A stretch of 64,000 bases of DNA from Octopus vulgaris (lineage: Eukaryota), in contig OX597814.1 in NCBI GenBank assembly GCA_951406725.2, positions 4,278,001-4,342,000 of the forward strand. The letters are read 5' to 3'. Shown piece by piece: positions 37,780 to 52,179 of this stretch. Below the pieces are notes generated by a model. That model ran no database searches and was not told the origin of the DNA. It worked only from the letters and a program-made list of their open reading frames with translations. Position 1 is the first letter of the stretch, and every line of letters begins with the position of its first letter. The translations under genes and the position numbers were made by a program.

Positions 37780-37984
37780 TATATTAACATATATATTTAT
37801 TACTGTATATCTCATTTCATTTTATATATTGCCTTTACTCTTGTATGCTGGAGTATTTAGTTGAACAAATTCACCCCAGGACTTATTCGTTGATAATTTT
37901 AGCACTTACTCTATCGGTCTCTTTTTGTAGTATAAATATATAATATATATATATATATATATACAAGCACAGACACACACACAA

Positions 37985-38035
<51 letters not shown>

Positions 38036-38316
38036 ACTATGTATGTGTGTGTATATATATATATATATAATGTATGTATATATATATTACCATATATATA
38101 TATATATATATATTTATCACATGACCGACCAGTCTATAGATGTTATATATATATATATATAAGGTATATGCGCTTATATTGTTTTAAAATACAACCGCTG
38201 GACAATCGAGCAGGCCAACAAGAAACGATGATATATATATATATATATATATAACAGCATATATATTTATATATATGTTATATATATATATATATATATA
38301 TTACCATATATATTTA

Positions 38317-41300
38317 TCATCATCATCATCATCATCATCATTTAGCGAGTCCGTTCTCCATGCTAGCATGGGTTGGACGGTTCACACTGGGGTCTGTGAA
38401 GCTGGAAGGCTTCATCAGGCCCATAAACAGATCTGGCAGTGTTTCTACGGCTGGATGCCCTTCCTAACGCCAACCACTCCGTGAGTGTAGTGGGTGCTAT
38501 CATAGCATCAGCACACCCGCACAGGTGCCAGACAGAGCTGGCAATGACGGCCACGAAGAGATGGTGCTTTTACGTGTCACCGGCACGGGGCCAGGCAAGG
38601 CTGGCAACGGACACGAACGGATGGTGCTTTTACGTGCCAATGGATATCCAACACGGGGGCCAGACAGAGCTGGCAAACGGCCACGAAACATGGATGGTGC
38701 TTTTCGTGTCACCGTTGCACGGGGGCACAGGCGAGGCTGGCAACGGACACGAACGGGATGGTGCTTTGCTACATGCCACCGACATGGTGGCCAGACAGGG
38801 CTGGCAAACGGCCACGAAACGGATGGTGCTTTCGTGTCACCGGCACGGGGGCCAGGTGAGGCTGGCAACGGACACGAACTGATGGTGCTTTTACATGCCA
38901 CCGACACGGGCCAGACAGGCTGGCAAACGGCCACGAACAGAATATTCATACAGTGTCATTAAACACGGCACTGGCCAGGCGAGGCTGGCAACGGACACGA
39001 ACGGATGGTGCTTTTACATGTCACCGACATGGGGGCCAGACTGAGGGCTGGCAAACACGATAACACAAACGGCTGGTGCTGTGTACGTGCCACCGGCAAG
39101 GAGACATGCAAAGCGGCCACGAACAGATGGTCTTTGTGGAGAACGTGTCAATCAATCTCTAATGGAATGGAAGGCCAGACAGAGCTGGCAAACGGCCACG
39201 AACGGATGGTGCTTCTATAATCGTGTCACCGGCACGGTGGCCAGACAGAGCTGGCAAATGGCCACAAACGAATGGTGCTTTTACGTGTCACCGGCACGGG
39301 GGCCAGGCCAGGCTGGAAACAACGAACACGACTGGATGGTGCTTTTACCCCTGTGCCACCAGACACGGTCGAACTGTCCAACGGCTAGCGACGGAAAACG
39401 GTACTTTTAAACGATGTCACCTGCACGGGGGCCCTGATGTTGATCGACCTCAATTTGGTTTGATCTTGATTTTTGACTGTTCTCACTGGTCTTGCCGGGT
39501 TTTCTCACGTAAGCGATACCATCCGATCGTGGCTCCAGCGCCGTCACTGGTCATTTCCTTGGTGAGACCTAAAGTTCGATGGTCACCATGCTTCACCGCC
39601 TCGACCCAGGTTTTCCTGGGTCTACCTCTTCCACAGGTCACCCACTCACTGCCAGGGTGTGGCACTTTCGCACACAATATCTTCAGCCTGATCCTCATCA
39701 CATGACCATACCAGCGCATACGTCCATGCTAGCATGCACATTAAATGATGATGCTTCTTAGGTTCAACTTTTCCAATCTACGAAGGTACTTCTACACTCT
39801 GTCGATTAGAACACTGATTTTAGCAACTCGGGTTAATACAAAGGAGCATGTAAAAGACTAGCTTCATCTCTTGCGAGCTTAGGCGACAGTCAGATAGCTG
39901 ATGTTGGATGTCACTCTGATGTCACCATTTGTAGCTGTTATGGCTGTACGTACACATGCATCAGTTGTGCAGGTTTTTACCCTTAACTTTGAGCGAGAGG
40001 CCTTTTGTCAGCCATTTGGGGTAAGAGCTCTTTAAACGCGATTGATGGCTAATACTCTAGCAGTTATACTTTCAGCGCACCCGCCCCCGCTACTGACTTG
40101 GTCACCTAGGTAACGGAAACTATCAACTACTTCTAGCTTTTCTCCCTGGAAAGTGACGGAAGTCTGGCAGAGCATTTTCAGTGTTAATTGCCCTTCCTGA
40201 GCATCTGCCACATACAAAAACCATCTTCCTAGTTAGCCTTCCTTTGACATTGCTGCACCTCTTATGTGTCCATAGCTTACACTTGGTGCATCTTATGGGT
40301 CAGAGTTTCTACCTACACCTCTTCTACAGATCGAGCAGGGCCATCTACCTGAATGGCGTTTGTGATTGGTCTACCTTCCTACTTATTAGGACTTTGGTTT
40401 TGGCTAGGTTGACTCTAAAGGCCCTTCAGATTCTAAACCTTGTTTCCATACCTGAAACTTCATCATCTAGTTCTGATAGAGACTCAGCAATTAGAGCAAG
40501 GTCATGCAGCTAGAGCTCCCAGGAGCATCCTGTCTTGAATTCCTCCGTTATTGCCTGGAGGACTATGATAAATAGGAGGGGACTGAGGACTGAACCTTGG
40601 TGGACCCCAACCTCTACCCTGAATTCTTCACTGTATCTCGGTGCCAACCCTCACCTTGGCTCTGTACATGGCTTCTTCTCACAGCTTTCACTAACCATTC
40701 ATCTATTCCTAGTTTCCTCATTGACCACCAGATGAGGGATCGGGGGACCCTGTCGAAGGAGCTTTCTCACATCAACAAAAGCCAGGTATAGGGGCTTGTC
40801 TTTGGCTAGGTGCTTTTCTCTTGCAGCTGTCTTACCATGAAAATAGCATCAGTAGTACTTTTCCTGGCACGAACCCAAACATCATCATGATCATAGGCTA
40901 ACGTCTCTCTCTAATTAGTTGAGCTATAACCCTCTCCGTAACCTTCATTACCTGATCCAGCAGCTTGATACCCCTGTAGTTAGTTTGTATCTAGGGCGTT
41001 ACCTTTACCTTTGTAGCAGCTGACTATTATACTGCTACACCAGTCATTGGGAATGACTCCTTCGGTATCACCTGTTAACTATACGGGTGACTAGGCTATA
41101 GCCAACACTACCAGATATTTTGAGCATCTCTGCAGTAATTCCTGATGGGCCTGGGGCTTTCCCTGTTTTCATGCTTTTAATTGCCTTATCTACTAAGGAA
41201 CTGTCAACTCGGATTGCTGGTCCCTCTGTTGGGTCAACATTCGGATGTGGTGCTCTTTTCCATGTGCCATTTTCGGCTCATATCAGCAACCTTTCATAGT

Positions 41301-42700
41301 CGCTTCTCCATTGATATTCTCTTTGCATCCTCATGTTAGCGCAAGTGAGCCGTCATCCTCAAGCACAGCATTTTCTCCTACCACGTAAATTTTAAATTCT
41401 CACACACTGGATAAAATCTTGCATATACGAAATTATCAGCTCCTTCATCCTAGCGTGAAAAACGCAGGACATTGGCTATAAATTTTTTCCTTGAAAAATT
41501 TATCTCTGGCATATTATAGAGCTGCATCCTGCTTCCTAAATGCCGCACGCTAGGTGGGACTTTTAAAGTCAAAACTTCCCTGCTACCACCGTTCTTCCAG
41601 TCCTTCCAAGCCTGTTTCTTTTGTCTAATAGCCCTGTCAACAGTATTGTTCCACCACCACGTTATTTTGGGTCTTGTGGGGACTTTGCACCAGCCACAGA
41701 TCTGGTCAGTGGCTTTCAGCAGGTTGTCCCTGTAATAATGCTCTCTATAAGATATACCCCATGTGTAGCTATGCACAGATTTCCGAAGGCTTCAAGTAAC
41801 ATGTCTCTAAATCTCTGTCCGTTAGCAGGGTCTTTAAGCTTCCAGACCCTTCTTCTCCATGTTGGTCGTCTTCTAGTCGTCCTCTTAGTCCTGATCCTAA
41901 AGTCACTGACTACCATTCTATGTTGTGGGGTACATTCTTCGCCTGGGACAGGTTTTGGACATGCCCTCATAACGCCAACCATCTTTCCTTTTTCTGGCAA
42001 GGATGTAGTCGATCTAGTATGCCACCGACGGTAGGTGACCAGTCAGGCAGTACTGGCAATGGTCACTCAAATCTTAGTGTTGCAAACATGCCAGCCGGCA
42101 CAGGTGCCAGTAACCTGGTAATCAGCCTCATGGTGCCTTTTACCATGGCCACCAGCCATACGGAAGCCCTCAGTCAACGTCACACATGCCACATTGAAGT
42201 CACCAGCCACAAAGAGATGGTCCTGTTGTTCGTCAATGAGGTGGTCTGCAGTAGGGTGTCATAGAAACGGTCTTTCTGTCCATCGGGTAACCCTGGTCTG
42301 AGGGGCATAGGCCGATATAATAGTGTCTAAAAACTATGATGGAGCACTAATCTAATCTTCAATATTCTGTCACATACTCTGACTACCTCGATGACTTTAT
42401 CTACCACATTTTTCGGTCAATAAGCATACCCACTCCCCCGACTCCTTCAGTATTCCCGGCCCAGAAAGTCTCAGTCACTGTCCTTTACCCGTGAGGAACC
42501 TAATGCAGAACCTCCTCTCACCTCACCTCTGAATACAGCATATATCTACACACCTCCGTTCAAGCAATTCGACGATCTCACCAGATCTGCCTTTCAGTGT
42601 GCCACACATTGAGGGTGCCAACCATTCTTGAGGAAGTGGGAGGCAATGGACCTAGTAGTCATCATGAACCTGAAAAGAAAACTCGCGTTTGGCAGTATTT
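38317..42700 (-). mobile_element. Near full-length RTE LINE (APE endonuclease, RT, 3'UTR), heavily scrambled
   Basis: PGEECTPQHRMVVSDF, TWWWN, KGKG..NYRGIKL, VGVHQGSVLSPLLF and RWYGHVMR motifs, interleaved with foreign snippets. Confidence 0.8.
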
Positions 42701-43468
42701 ATAGACAAACAATAAAGCTCAAGTTCAAACCGCGTACGTTACACCAAGCATATCTTGCAATGAATGACCACTACCTTTATGGAAAGAGGAACAGATGGGC
42801 ATAGGAGACAACAGGGATGCGAAGTGTACATGGGGGAGAACAAGGATGAGAAAATTTTGGGCTTCCTGTAGTGTTGGGGCAGCGTAAGACTAAGTGAAAA
42901 TGGGAGACAACAAGGATGAGATATATTTCTCAAGCCTTCCTGTATCGGTATGGGAGGGAGGGCGACCCGCGAAGAGTTTTATCCATCCACGCGAGCGTCC
43001 TCTGAAATAATAATAAGGGCCTGTAAGATTAATAAAAGGGCCTGACCAAGATTAATAAATATGTTTTCCATTTTTAATGAGATGAGGGGCTGGTATAGAC
43101 AATAATAACTAGTGAATTATACATGAAAAGTTTTAACCAGCCACGTTAAGAGTACCCTTCCAATCATTGGAGAAAATATATGAAATAAATAAGGGCCTGT
43201 AAGATTTTAAATATGTATTCCACTTTTAAACGAGATGAGGGCTGATCGATAGACAATAATAACTAATAAATTATACATGATATGTAATGCGAGGCGAAGC
43301 TGAAAATAATAATAGTAAACAAAGCACAACTATGGTCATCGAATGAAATATATGAATGGTGAGAAGAATACGGGAATTTGAGTGTAGAAATTTCTTATCT
43401 TGAAATCATTTCGTTTTCGAAGTGAAACTGGCAGAAGAAATTCCTCAATATAACCATATTACCATATA

Positions 43469-43503
<35 letters not shown>

Positions 43504-43520
43504 CCATATATTTATATATA

Positions 43521-44960
43521 TCATCATCATCGTTTAACGTCCGCTTTCCATGCTAGCATGGGTTGGACGGTTCAACTGGGGTCTGGCAAGCCCGAAGGCT
43601 GCACCAGGCCAGTCAGATGTGGCAGTGTTTCTACAGCTGGATGCCCTTCCTAACGCCAACCACTCCGAGAGTGTAGTGGGTGATTTTATGTGCCACCGAC
43701 ACAGGTGCCAGACGAGGCTGGCAGACGGCCACGCTCGGATGGTGTTTTTTATGTGCCACCGACACAGGTGCCAGACGAGGCTGGCAGACGGCCACGCTCG
43801 GATGGTGTTTTCTTATGTGTCACCGACACAGGTGCCAGACGAGGCTGGCGGACGGCCACGCTCGGATGGTGTTTGTTACGTGCCCTCAGCACGGAGGCCA
43901 GTCATTGCGGTACTGGCTACGGTCACGTTCGGATGGTTTTCTTATGTGCCACCGGCACTGGTACCACAAGGATACAAATTCCATTGATGTTCATCTATTT
44001 TGATTTGGTTCGATTTGATTCGATATGATTCGATTCTCACTTGCCTCAACAGGTCTTCACAAGTGTCACAAGAAGGAAGGTATGCACAGGTGGACTGACT
44101 ACGTCCCAGGTAGGGGCCACGGATTATGGCTTCACTAGTCTTGCCGGGTCTTCTCACGCACAGCATACTTCCATAGGTCTCGGTCTCTAGTCATTTCCAT
44201 GGTGAGACCTAACGTCCGAAGGTCGTGCTTCACCACCTCGTCCCAGGTCTTCCTGGGTCTACCTCTTCCACGGGTTCCCTCAACTGCTAGGGATTGGCAC
44301 TTTCTCACACACCTATCTTCATCCATTCTCGCCACATGACCATACCAGCGCAATCGTCTCTCTTGCACACAACAACTGATGCTTCTTAGGTACAACATTT
44401 CTCTCAAGGTACTAACGCTCTGTCGAGTAAGTACACTGACATTACACATCCATCGGAGCATACTGGCTTCGTTCCTCACGAGCTTACGCATGTCCTCAGC
44501 AGTCACGGCCCATGTTTCACTGCCATGTAGCATAGCTGTTCGTACACATGCATCATACAGTCTGCCTTTTACTCTGAGCGAGAGGCCTTTAGTCACCAGC
44601 AGAGGTAAGAGCTCCCTAAACTTTGCCCAGGCTATTCTTATTCTAGCAGTTACACTTTCAGCGCACCCACCCCCACTACTGACTTGGTCACCTAGATAGC
44701 GGAAGCTATCAACTACTTCTAGTTTTTCCCCCCGGAAAGTGACAGAAGTTGTTTTCTGCAGATTTTCGGAGGTCAATGCTCCAGAGCACCTGCCACATAC
44801 AAAAACTATCTTCCCAGTTAGCCTACCTTTGACATTGCTGCACCTCTTATGTGTCCATAGCTTACACTGGGTACATCTTATAGAGTTTCTACCTACACCT
44901 TTTCTACAGATCGAGCAGGGCCATCTTCCTGAGGATAGTTGTGGGTTTTCTACCTTTCTA

Positions 44961-44962
<2 letters not shown>
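43521..44962 (-). mobile_element. Young 5'-truncated RTE LINE with uninterrupted ORF end (44135-44962) and full 3'UTR
   Basis: About 275 open codons from PHD finger to REKTRQD*, then UTR, hairpin units and (GAT)n. Confidence 0.93.
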
Positions 44963-44999
<37 letters not shown>

Positions 45000-46548
45000 C
45001 ACTGGCTCCTGTGCAGGTGGCACGTAAAAAGCACCATTTGGGCATGGCCGCTGCCAGTACCACTAAATTAGCCCTTGTGCCGGTGGCACGTAAATAGCAC
45101 CCACTATACTCTCGGAGTGGTTGGCTTTAGGAAGGGTATCCAGCTGTAGAAACTCTGCCAGATCAAGACTGGAGCCTGGTGCAGCCATCTGGTTTGCCAG
45201 CCCACAGTCAAATCGTCCAACCCATGCTAGCATGGAAAGCGGACGTTAAACGATGATGATGATGATGACATATAGTATTTACTATATACTAGGCATACTA
45301 CACACCATACTAGCAGGGAAAATGCAGTAGCAGGAACAATAACAATCTTAATTAATTGAACTTGGAAAAGTGCAAGACAAGAGGAAGTGGAACCTTAAAG
45401 ATATTTGAGTTTAAATTATGTCTTTTGGGAAAAGTTGATTCCTAGGCCTTATTTTACATTTTGTTCCAAGGTTCCATTAATTTTGACATGGGTGGTGTAA
45501 TATTTTTACAGTATACCATACCTCTCAGAAAGCCTATAGGAAAGAAATTAAAAAACATGTGTGTGAACTGCCACGGGCAGTGAAGTATGGCAGTTCGCAC
45601 ACATGCATCATACAATCTACCTTTCACTCTGAGTGAGAGACCCTTTGTCACCAGTAGGGATAGGAGCTTTCTGAACTTTGCCCAGGCTATTTGTATTCTA
45701 GTGGTGACACTCTCTGAGCTTCCACCTCCACTACTAACTTGGTCACCCAGGTAGCGGAAGCTATCAACTACTTCTAGTTTCCGCCCTGGAGTGTGATGGA
45801 ATCTGTTTTCTGAGTATCTGTGGTGTCTATTGTCCCTGTGCATCTGCCGCACATGAATGCTATCTTCTCAGTTAATTTCCCTTTGATGTTCCAGCACCTC
45901 TTATGCATCCATAGCTTACACTGCTTACATGTTATGGAGCTTCTACCTACACTTTTCCTACAGATCGAGCAGGGCCACCTACCTGAACAGGTGTGTGATG
46001 AGTTCGCCTTCCTACTTACTAGAACTTTGGTCTTTGCTACATTGACTCTAAGGCCTTTTGATTCTAAACCTAACTTCCACACACGAAATTTCTTTTCTAG
46101 TTCCAGTAGTGATTCTGGTATGAGGGCCAGGTCATCAGCATAGAGGAGCTCCCAGGGGCAACCTGTCTTGAATTCCTCTGTCATCATCATCATCATCATC
46201 GTTTAACATCAGTTTTCCATGCTGGCATGGGTTAGACGGTTCAACTGGGGTCTGGGAAGCCAGAAGGCTGCGCCAGGCCCAGTCTGATCAGGCAGTGTTT
46301 CTACGGCTGGATGCCCTTCCTAACGCCAACCACTCCGTGAGTGCAGTGGGTGTTTTTTACGTGCCACCGGCACGGGGGCCAGACGAGGCTGGCAACGGCC
46401 ACAATCGGATGGTTCATTTTACGTGCCACAGGTATGGAGCCCAGTCGGGGCGGCGCTGGCAACGGCCACGTTTGGATGGTTCTCTTACGTGCCATCGGCA
46501 CTGGTATCACAGCTACAATTTCCATTGATGTTGATCGATTTCTGTATA

Positions 46549-46610
<62 letters not shown>

Positions 46611-48282
46611 AATGTAGAGAGACAGAGGGAAATATATATTTGTGTTCAGTATATACATTATGATTGGGTACTGAAACAGCCACTCAACCATTCAAATGTG
46701 GATGTGATGTATCTCGACTTTGCCAAGACCTTTGACAAAGTTGACCAGGGGATGACAAACTACATGACCTTGGTATCACTGGAAAACTAAGGGAAGGGCT
46801 GCACAACATTTTAAAGGACAGAAGTCAGGCAGTTCCAGCCAATGGTGCTCTCTCTGGGGAGACATCAATCCACAGCAGTGTTCCTCGGGGAGCTGTACTA
46901 GGACCGCTATTGTTTGTTGTGGCTCTCTCAGACATGCTGTCACTCATACAGTCAGCCATTCTCAACAGCTACACTGAGGATTCTGTGGGATGACGTCCGC
47001 AGCTGGGTGAGTTGACCGGAAGCTGGGGCAACCGGAAGGGGCAGCCGTCAGGCGTGCGCAGGCAGTGGTGAATTCGGCCTTTCTAACGTGGGTCATCGAG
47101 GTGTCAAGACGTGTGAGGACGTCACTAAAGTTTGGGTGAGCAGCTGCTATCTTTAGTGTTCAGGTCGGGGCTGTGTCGAAGGATTAGTTACCACTGAAGG
47201 GTTTCCATCACGAGGAAGAGAAGGTAGGTGCCTTTATATTCGAATCGTGCACACACCACAGATACAAAATTATCTCAGGCAGTCAAGGACCCTGACGACA
47301 TAGTAAAACTACAAAGTGACCTACATGCAATATATAAACAGGCTGATAAGTTTCAAGCACTTTGCTATCGGCCTACAAACAGACCACAATCGGAATACAT
47401 AGGACCAGGGTGTAATGCAATTCCAGAGCTGGAATCGGAACGCGACTTGGGAATCCACATAAGTAGTGATGCAACATTCCATGTGCATATTGCCAGGATG
47501 GTAACACTGTGCATGCGAGTAGCTGAATGGGTCCCTAGATCATTCAGGAGCAAAAATATGGATCCCTTGCCACCCCTATGGAGGACATTGGTCCTCAGTC
47601 ATCTGGATGACTGCTCCCAACTGTGGTCACTGCAGAGCATCAAATTGGTGGAGGAACTTGAGGCAATCCAGCACCACTACACAAAGAAGATTGACTTGGT
47701 GAAACAGATGAGTTACTGGGAGGGGCACAAGAACTGAAGGTCTATTCTCTGGAGGGACGGTGATAAAGGTATGCAGTGATATACACATGGAAGATCCTGG
47801 AAGGTCTAGTTCCCAACTTTGGAATTAAAAGCTTTACCAACCACCGAACTGGACGGCACTGCATACTACCAAAGATACCGTCTTCTTCAGCTCAGATAAG
47901 GACCCAGTATTGCAACAACTTGGGTTTCAGGGAAGCACAACTGTTTAACATCCTGCCAAGGAACCTAAGACACCTGCAAAGTGTAAATGTGGAACTGTTC
48001 AAAAAGCACCTGGACAAATTTCTATCTGAAATCCCAGATGAGCCCACATCATGGCTGGAGGCACAAAGAAGGACAACTTCGTCTAACTCGCTTCTTCACC
48101 AAGAACAGTACCGAAAGGAGACCCATAAAACACTGAAAGGTGGTACTCCAGCATGGCCCCAGCCTCTGGCTGAAACCAATAAAAGAATATATATATACAA
48201 GCACACACATACATACTGATACACATCACATTCTTTTTCGAAATTTCAAGTTTCGTTTTGTGACGTGTGTTACTATGTATAC

Positions 48283-48692
48283 TCTTTACTCTTTTACTTG
48301 TTTCAGTCATTTGACTGCGGCCATGCTGGAGCACCGCCTTTAGTCGAGCAAATCGACCCCGGGGACTTATTCTTTGTAAGCCCAGTACTTATTCTATCGG
48401 TCTCTTTTGCCAAACCGCTAAGTGACAGGGACGTAAACACACCAGCATCGGTTGTCAAGCAATGCTAGGGGGACAAACACAGACACACAAACATATACAC
48501 ACACATACATATTTATATATACATATATACGACAGGCTTTTTTCAGTTTCTGTCTACCAAATCCACTCACAAGGCATTGGTCGGCCCGAGGCTATAGCAG
48601 AAGACACTTGCCCAAGGTGGCACGCAGTGGGACTGAACCTGGAACCATGTGGTTGGTTAGCAAGCTACTTACCACACAGCCACTCCTGCGCC
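48283..48692 (-). mobile_element. SINE family A
   Basis: Full-length reverse copy. Confidence 0.9.
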
Positions 48693-49337
48693 TATGTATG
48701 TGGAAGAGTCCACAGATTTTTGTTTTTCCTATTAAATTCCGATATGATCCCAATTCACACACTCTGGAAGATATTTGTAGAAAATTTCATCAAAAATTAC
48801 CCATTATCCTGAAAGTTATGAGTAAAGAAAGCCGTCGCGTGTGAATAATCCAAAACTCCTTACCCCACCCTCAGAAGAATTGTTTTTCACCACATATTCG
48901 GATATAAACAGAATCTACAACATCGGAAGAATATTTGTAGAAATTTCCATTTTCCTGGACGTTATGAGGAAACAAAGTTGGGTGTGTACACTTCTGCAGG
49001 AATGTTCACCTACATATATATCATCATCGTCGTTTAACGTCCGTTCTCCATGCTAGCATGGGTTGGACGGTTCGACCGGGGTTCTGGGAAGCCAGAAGGC
49101 TGCACCAGGCTCCAGTCTAAATTTGGCAATGTTTCTACAGCTGGATGCCCTTCCTAACGCCATATATATAATATTAAATTAGAGATAAAACCACTATTAG
49201 GCAAATTATACAATGAAAAACTTAAGCCAATACATAAGATTATAGGGAGAGAGAGAGAGAGATGCATACGTGTGTGTATGTGTATATATATATATATATA
49301 TATTTATACATACATACACACACAGATAAATGTACGG

Positions 49338-49339
<2 letters not shown>

Positions 49340-49416
<77 letters not shown>

Positions 49417-49478
49417 TAGACAGATAGATGGATAGATAGATGGATAGACAGACAGACAGACAGATAGATGGATGGATG

Positions 49479-49520
<42 letters not shown>

Positions 49521-49642
49521 CAGACAGACGGATGGATAGATAGATAGATAGATAGATAGACAGACAGACGGATGGATGGATAGATAGATAGACAGACAGA
49601 CAGACAGATAGATAGATAGATAGACAGACAGACGGACGGAAG

Positions 49643-49676
<34 letters not shown>

Positions 49677-49697
49677 CAGACAGACGGACGGACGGAC

Positions 49698-49768
<71 letters not shown>

Positions 49769-49803
49769 CAGACAGACAAATAGATAGACAGATAGACAGA
49801 CAA

Positions 49804-49888
<85 letters not shown>

Positions 49889-49897
49889 CAGATAGAT
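49340..49897. repeat. (TA)n(GA)n(GATA/GACA/GATG)n compound microsatellite
   Basis: Directly visible. Confidence 0.95.
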
Positions 49898-50152
49898 ATT
49901 AGTAACCAAAATGTCAATAACTGAGTCGTAGAAATGCGGCGAAAGAAGACTTTGATAGGAAAATCTAGATTTTTATAACAAAGTAAATAAAAACTGAACT
50001 TAATGTTTTGGGGTGAATACAACGATTGCAACTACTCCACCCCTATCTTCACATATGCAGACCTATGTGTGTGTGTATGATTATCTATATATATATACAT
50101 ACATAAATACATATATATATATATATATACATACACTTAAGAGATAAAGTAA

Positions 50153-50194
<42 letters not shown>

Positions 50195-50948
50195 TGATAT
50201 CTTCTAGTTGAGGATTGTTGTGTATAGAATAGATATATATATTGGCTCCGCTTTAGAAGATTAACCACATAATATGAAATATACAGAATACGTAAATATA
50301 TACACACAAATAAATATATATATGTATGTCTGTATACACAGACATACAATATATATATATATATATAACGTATATGTATACACACACATATATATATATA
50401 TATATATATTAATGACACACAGACACTATTGAGGCTATATGTCTGGTTTGTGTAGAGTCTAATGTGTAGAGAGACGGAGATATACACTCAGTCTCTATAG
50501 CCATTTTGTAAATATCAGCTTTGTGATGTCCGTATACATACATAATATATTTATTACGTGTGTGCAGAGTGTATATAAGTGTACAGACCGCAGTCTCGCG
50601 TTAAGTAAGCCAGCTGTGTGTATAAAGTATGGAATCTATAACAGCTGTGTGTATAAACGTGACCAATGCACAATACCTGGGTGTATAAACAGCGTAGAGT
50701 TAATAAGGAGTGTATATATTTTACGTTATATGTGTATACTATAGCAGACTGTATATAACGTTATTTTACGTCAATAATGGGCAGTGCGTGATTAAGTGTC
50801 TCTGTACACGTGTATACACATACATACATGCACAGAGAGAAAGAGAATGTGTGTGTATATATATATATATATATATGTGTGTGTATATATGAATGCGTGT
50901 GTGTGTGTGGTGTTTGTATGTGTATATATTTAAAGAAGGAATACGCAC

Positions 50949-51028
50949 ACATGTTTACAGGGCACTCGTAATGGTTTCTCGAAAATATCCAAACAGACGG
51001 AACAGCAGAGATCGTCGAACTCATCCAT
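50949..51028 (-). CDS. RNF166: RNF166-like RING E3 ligase, coding exon 1 (MDEFDDLCCSVCLDIFEKPLRVPCKH/V)
   Basis: ATG in CCTCCATGG context. Encodes the first half of a C3HC4 RING (CxxC...CxH). Ends phase 2 at donor GT|GTGCGT, which joins in frame to exon 2 (GT+G = Val, then FC). Confidence 0.88.
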
Positions 51029-51432
51029 GGAGGACAGAAGAGAAATGTACAACAGCAAAGATCTCCCAGGATTGCTGCTTGCTTGCTTGCTTGCTGCTCA
51101 ATTGCTCACTTGTCAGATAGCTTGCCTAATTCACTACACTTTTATTACGACTGAGCTTTTATGAGCAATGAGTGTGCGTGCGTGCGTGTGTGTTAATTAT
51201 AAGGAAATTTTGTTATTTTTTAGTTTAATGTCAAACAAAGAAAAAAAAATATGTCTTCAAGTAAGAACTCAATACGTGGTGTAGAATTAAATATTTATTT
51301 CCACAGAAGATGACATTTTCTTCCAAGTTTTCCGCACACGAACGCACGCACACACACACACACATTTACAGTTAAAATGCCAAAAAAAAAACTGTTAAAA
51401 GTGTGTATATATCAATAATATGTGTACATTTA

Positions 51433-52035
51433 TCATCATCATCGTTTAACGTCCGTTTTCCATGCTAGCATGGGTTGGACGGTTCGACCGGGGCCTAGGA
51501 AGCCAGGAGGCTGCACCAGGCTCCAGTCTGATCTGGCAGAGTTTCTACAGCTGGATGTCCTTCCTAACGCCAACCACTCTGAGAGAGTAGTGGATGCTTT
51601 TTTTTTATGTGCCACCAGTACAGGAGCCAGAGGGGGCTGGCATTGACCATGATCGCAAGGTGCTTTTTACGTGCCACTGGCACGGAAGCCACAGTGCTGG
51701 CATTGGCCACATTCGGATGGTGCTTTTTACATGCCACTGGCACGGGGATCACAACTACAATTTCCATTTGAATTCATTTTGATATTGCTGATGTTGATGT
51801 ACTTGACCCAAAAGGTCTCCTCAAGTACGGCATGTCACCCTACGATCCAAGGTACACTTTTGAGTGGGCTGGGGCGTATCTCCAGAGGTCTCGGTCTTTT
51901 GTCATTGCTTCTGTGAGGCCCAACATTCGAAGGTCATGCTTCACCACCTCATCCCATGTCTTCCTGGGTTCTCCCTCTACCCCGGATTCCTTCCACTGTT
52001 TGGGAGTGGCACTTCTTCACACAGCGCTCCTCATC
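51433..52035 (-). mobile_element. RTE LINE 3' end ~400 bp upstream of the RNF166 ATG
   Basis: UTR plus ORF-terminus similarity. Confidence 0.85.
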
Positions 52036-52179
52036 CTGTGTTTGAAAAGAAATTTTTTTCCTCCTCCAGTATTGGTATCATAGTCACACCTGGATTTACT
52101 TTGTGTTACTATATAGTGGAGGTAGTTTTCACACACACACACACACATGACAATCGTCATATTTCATTCCATAATGGTT

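Noticed and set aside
48695-49010. Helentron/HINE-like satellite unit (AAATTTCATCAAAA..AAGTTATGAG)
   Set aside because: Resemblance only; two loose units and no termini visible.
49240-50031. 263-aa SIYL-repeat ORF and the many YI/HT/VC ORFs elsewhere
   Set aside because: Microsatellite translations.
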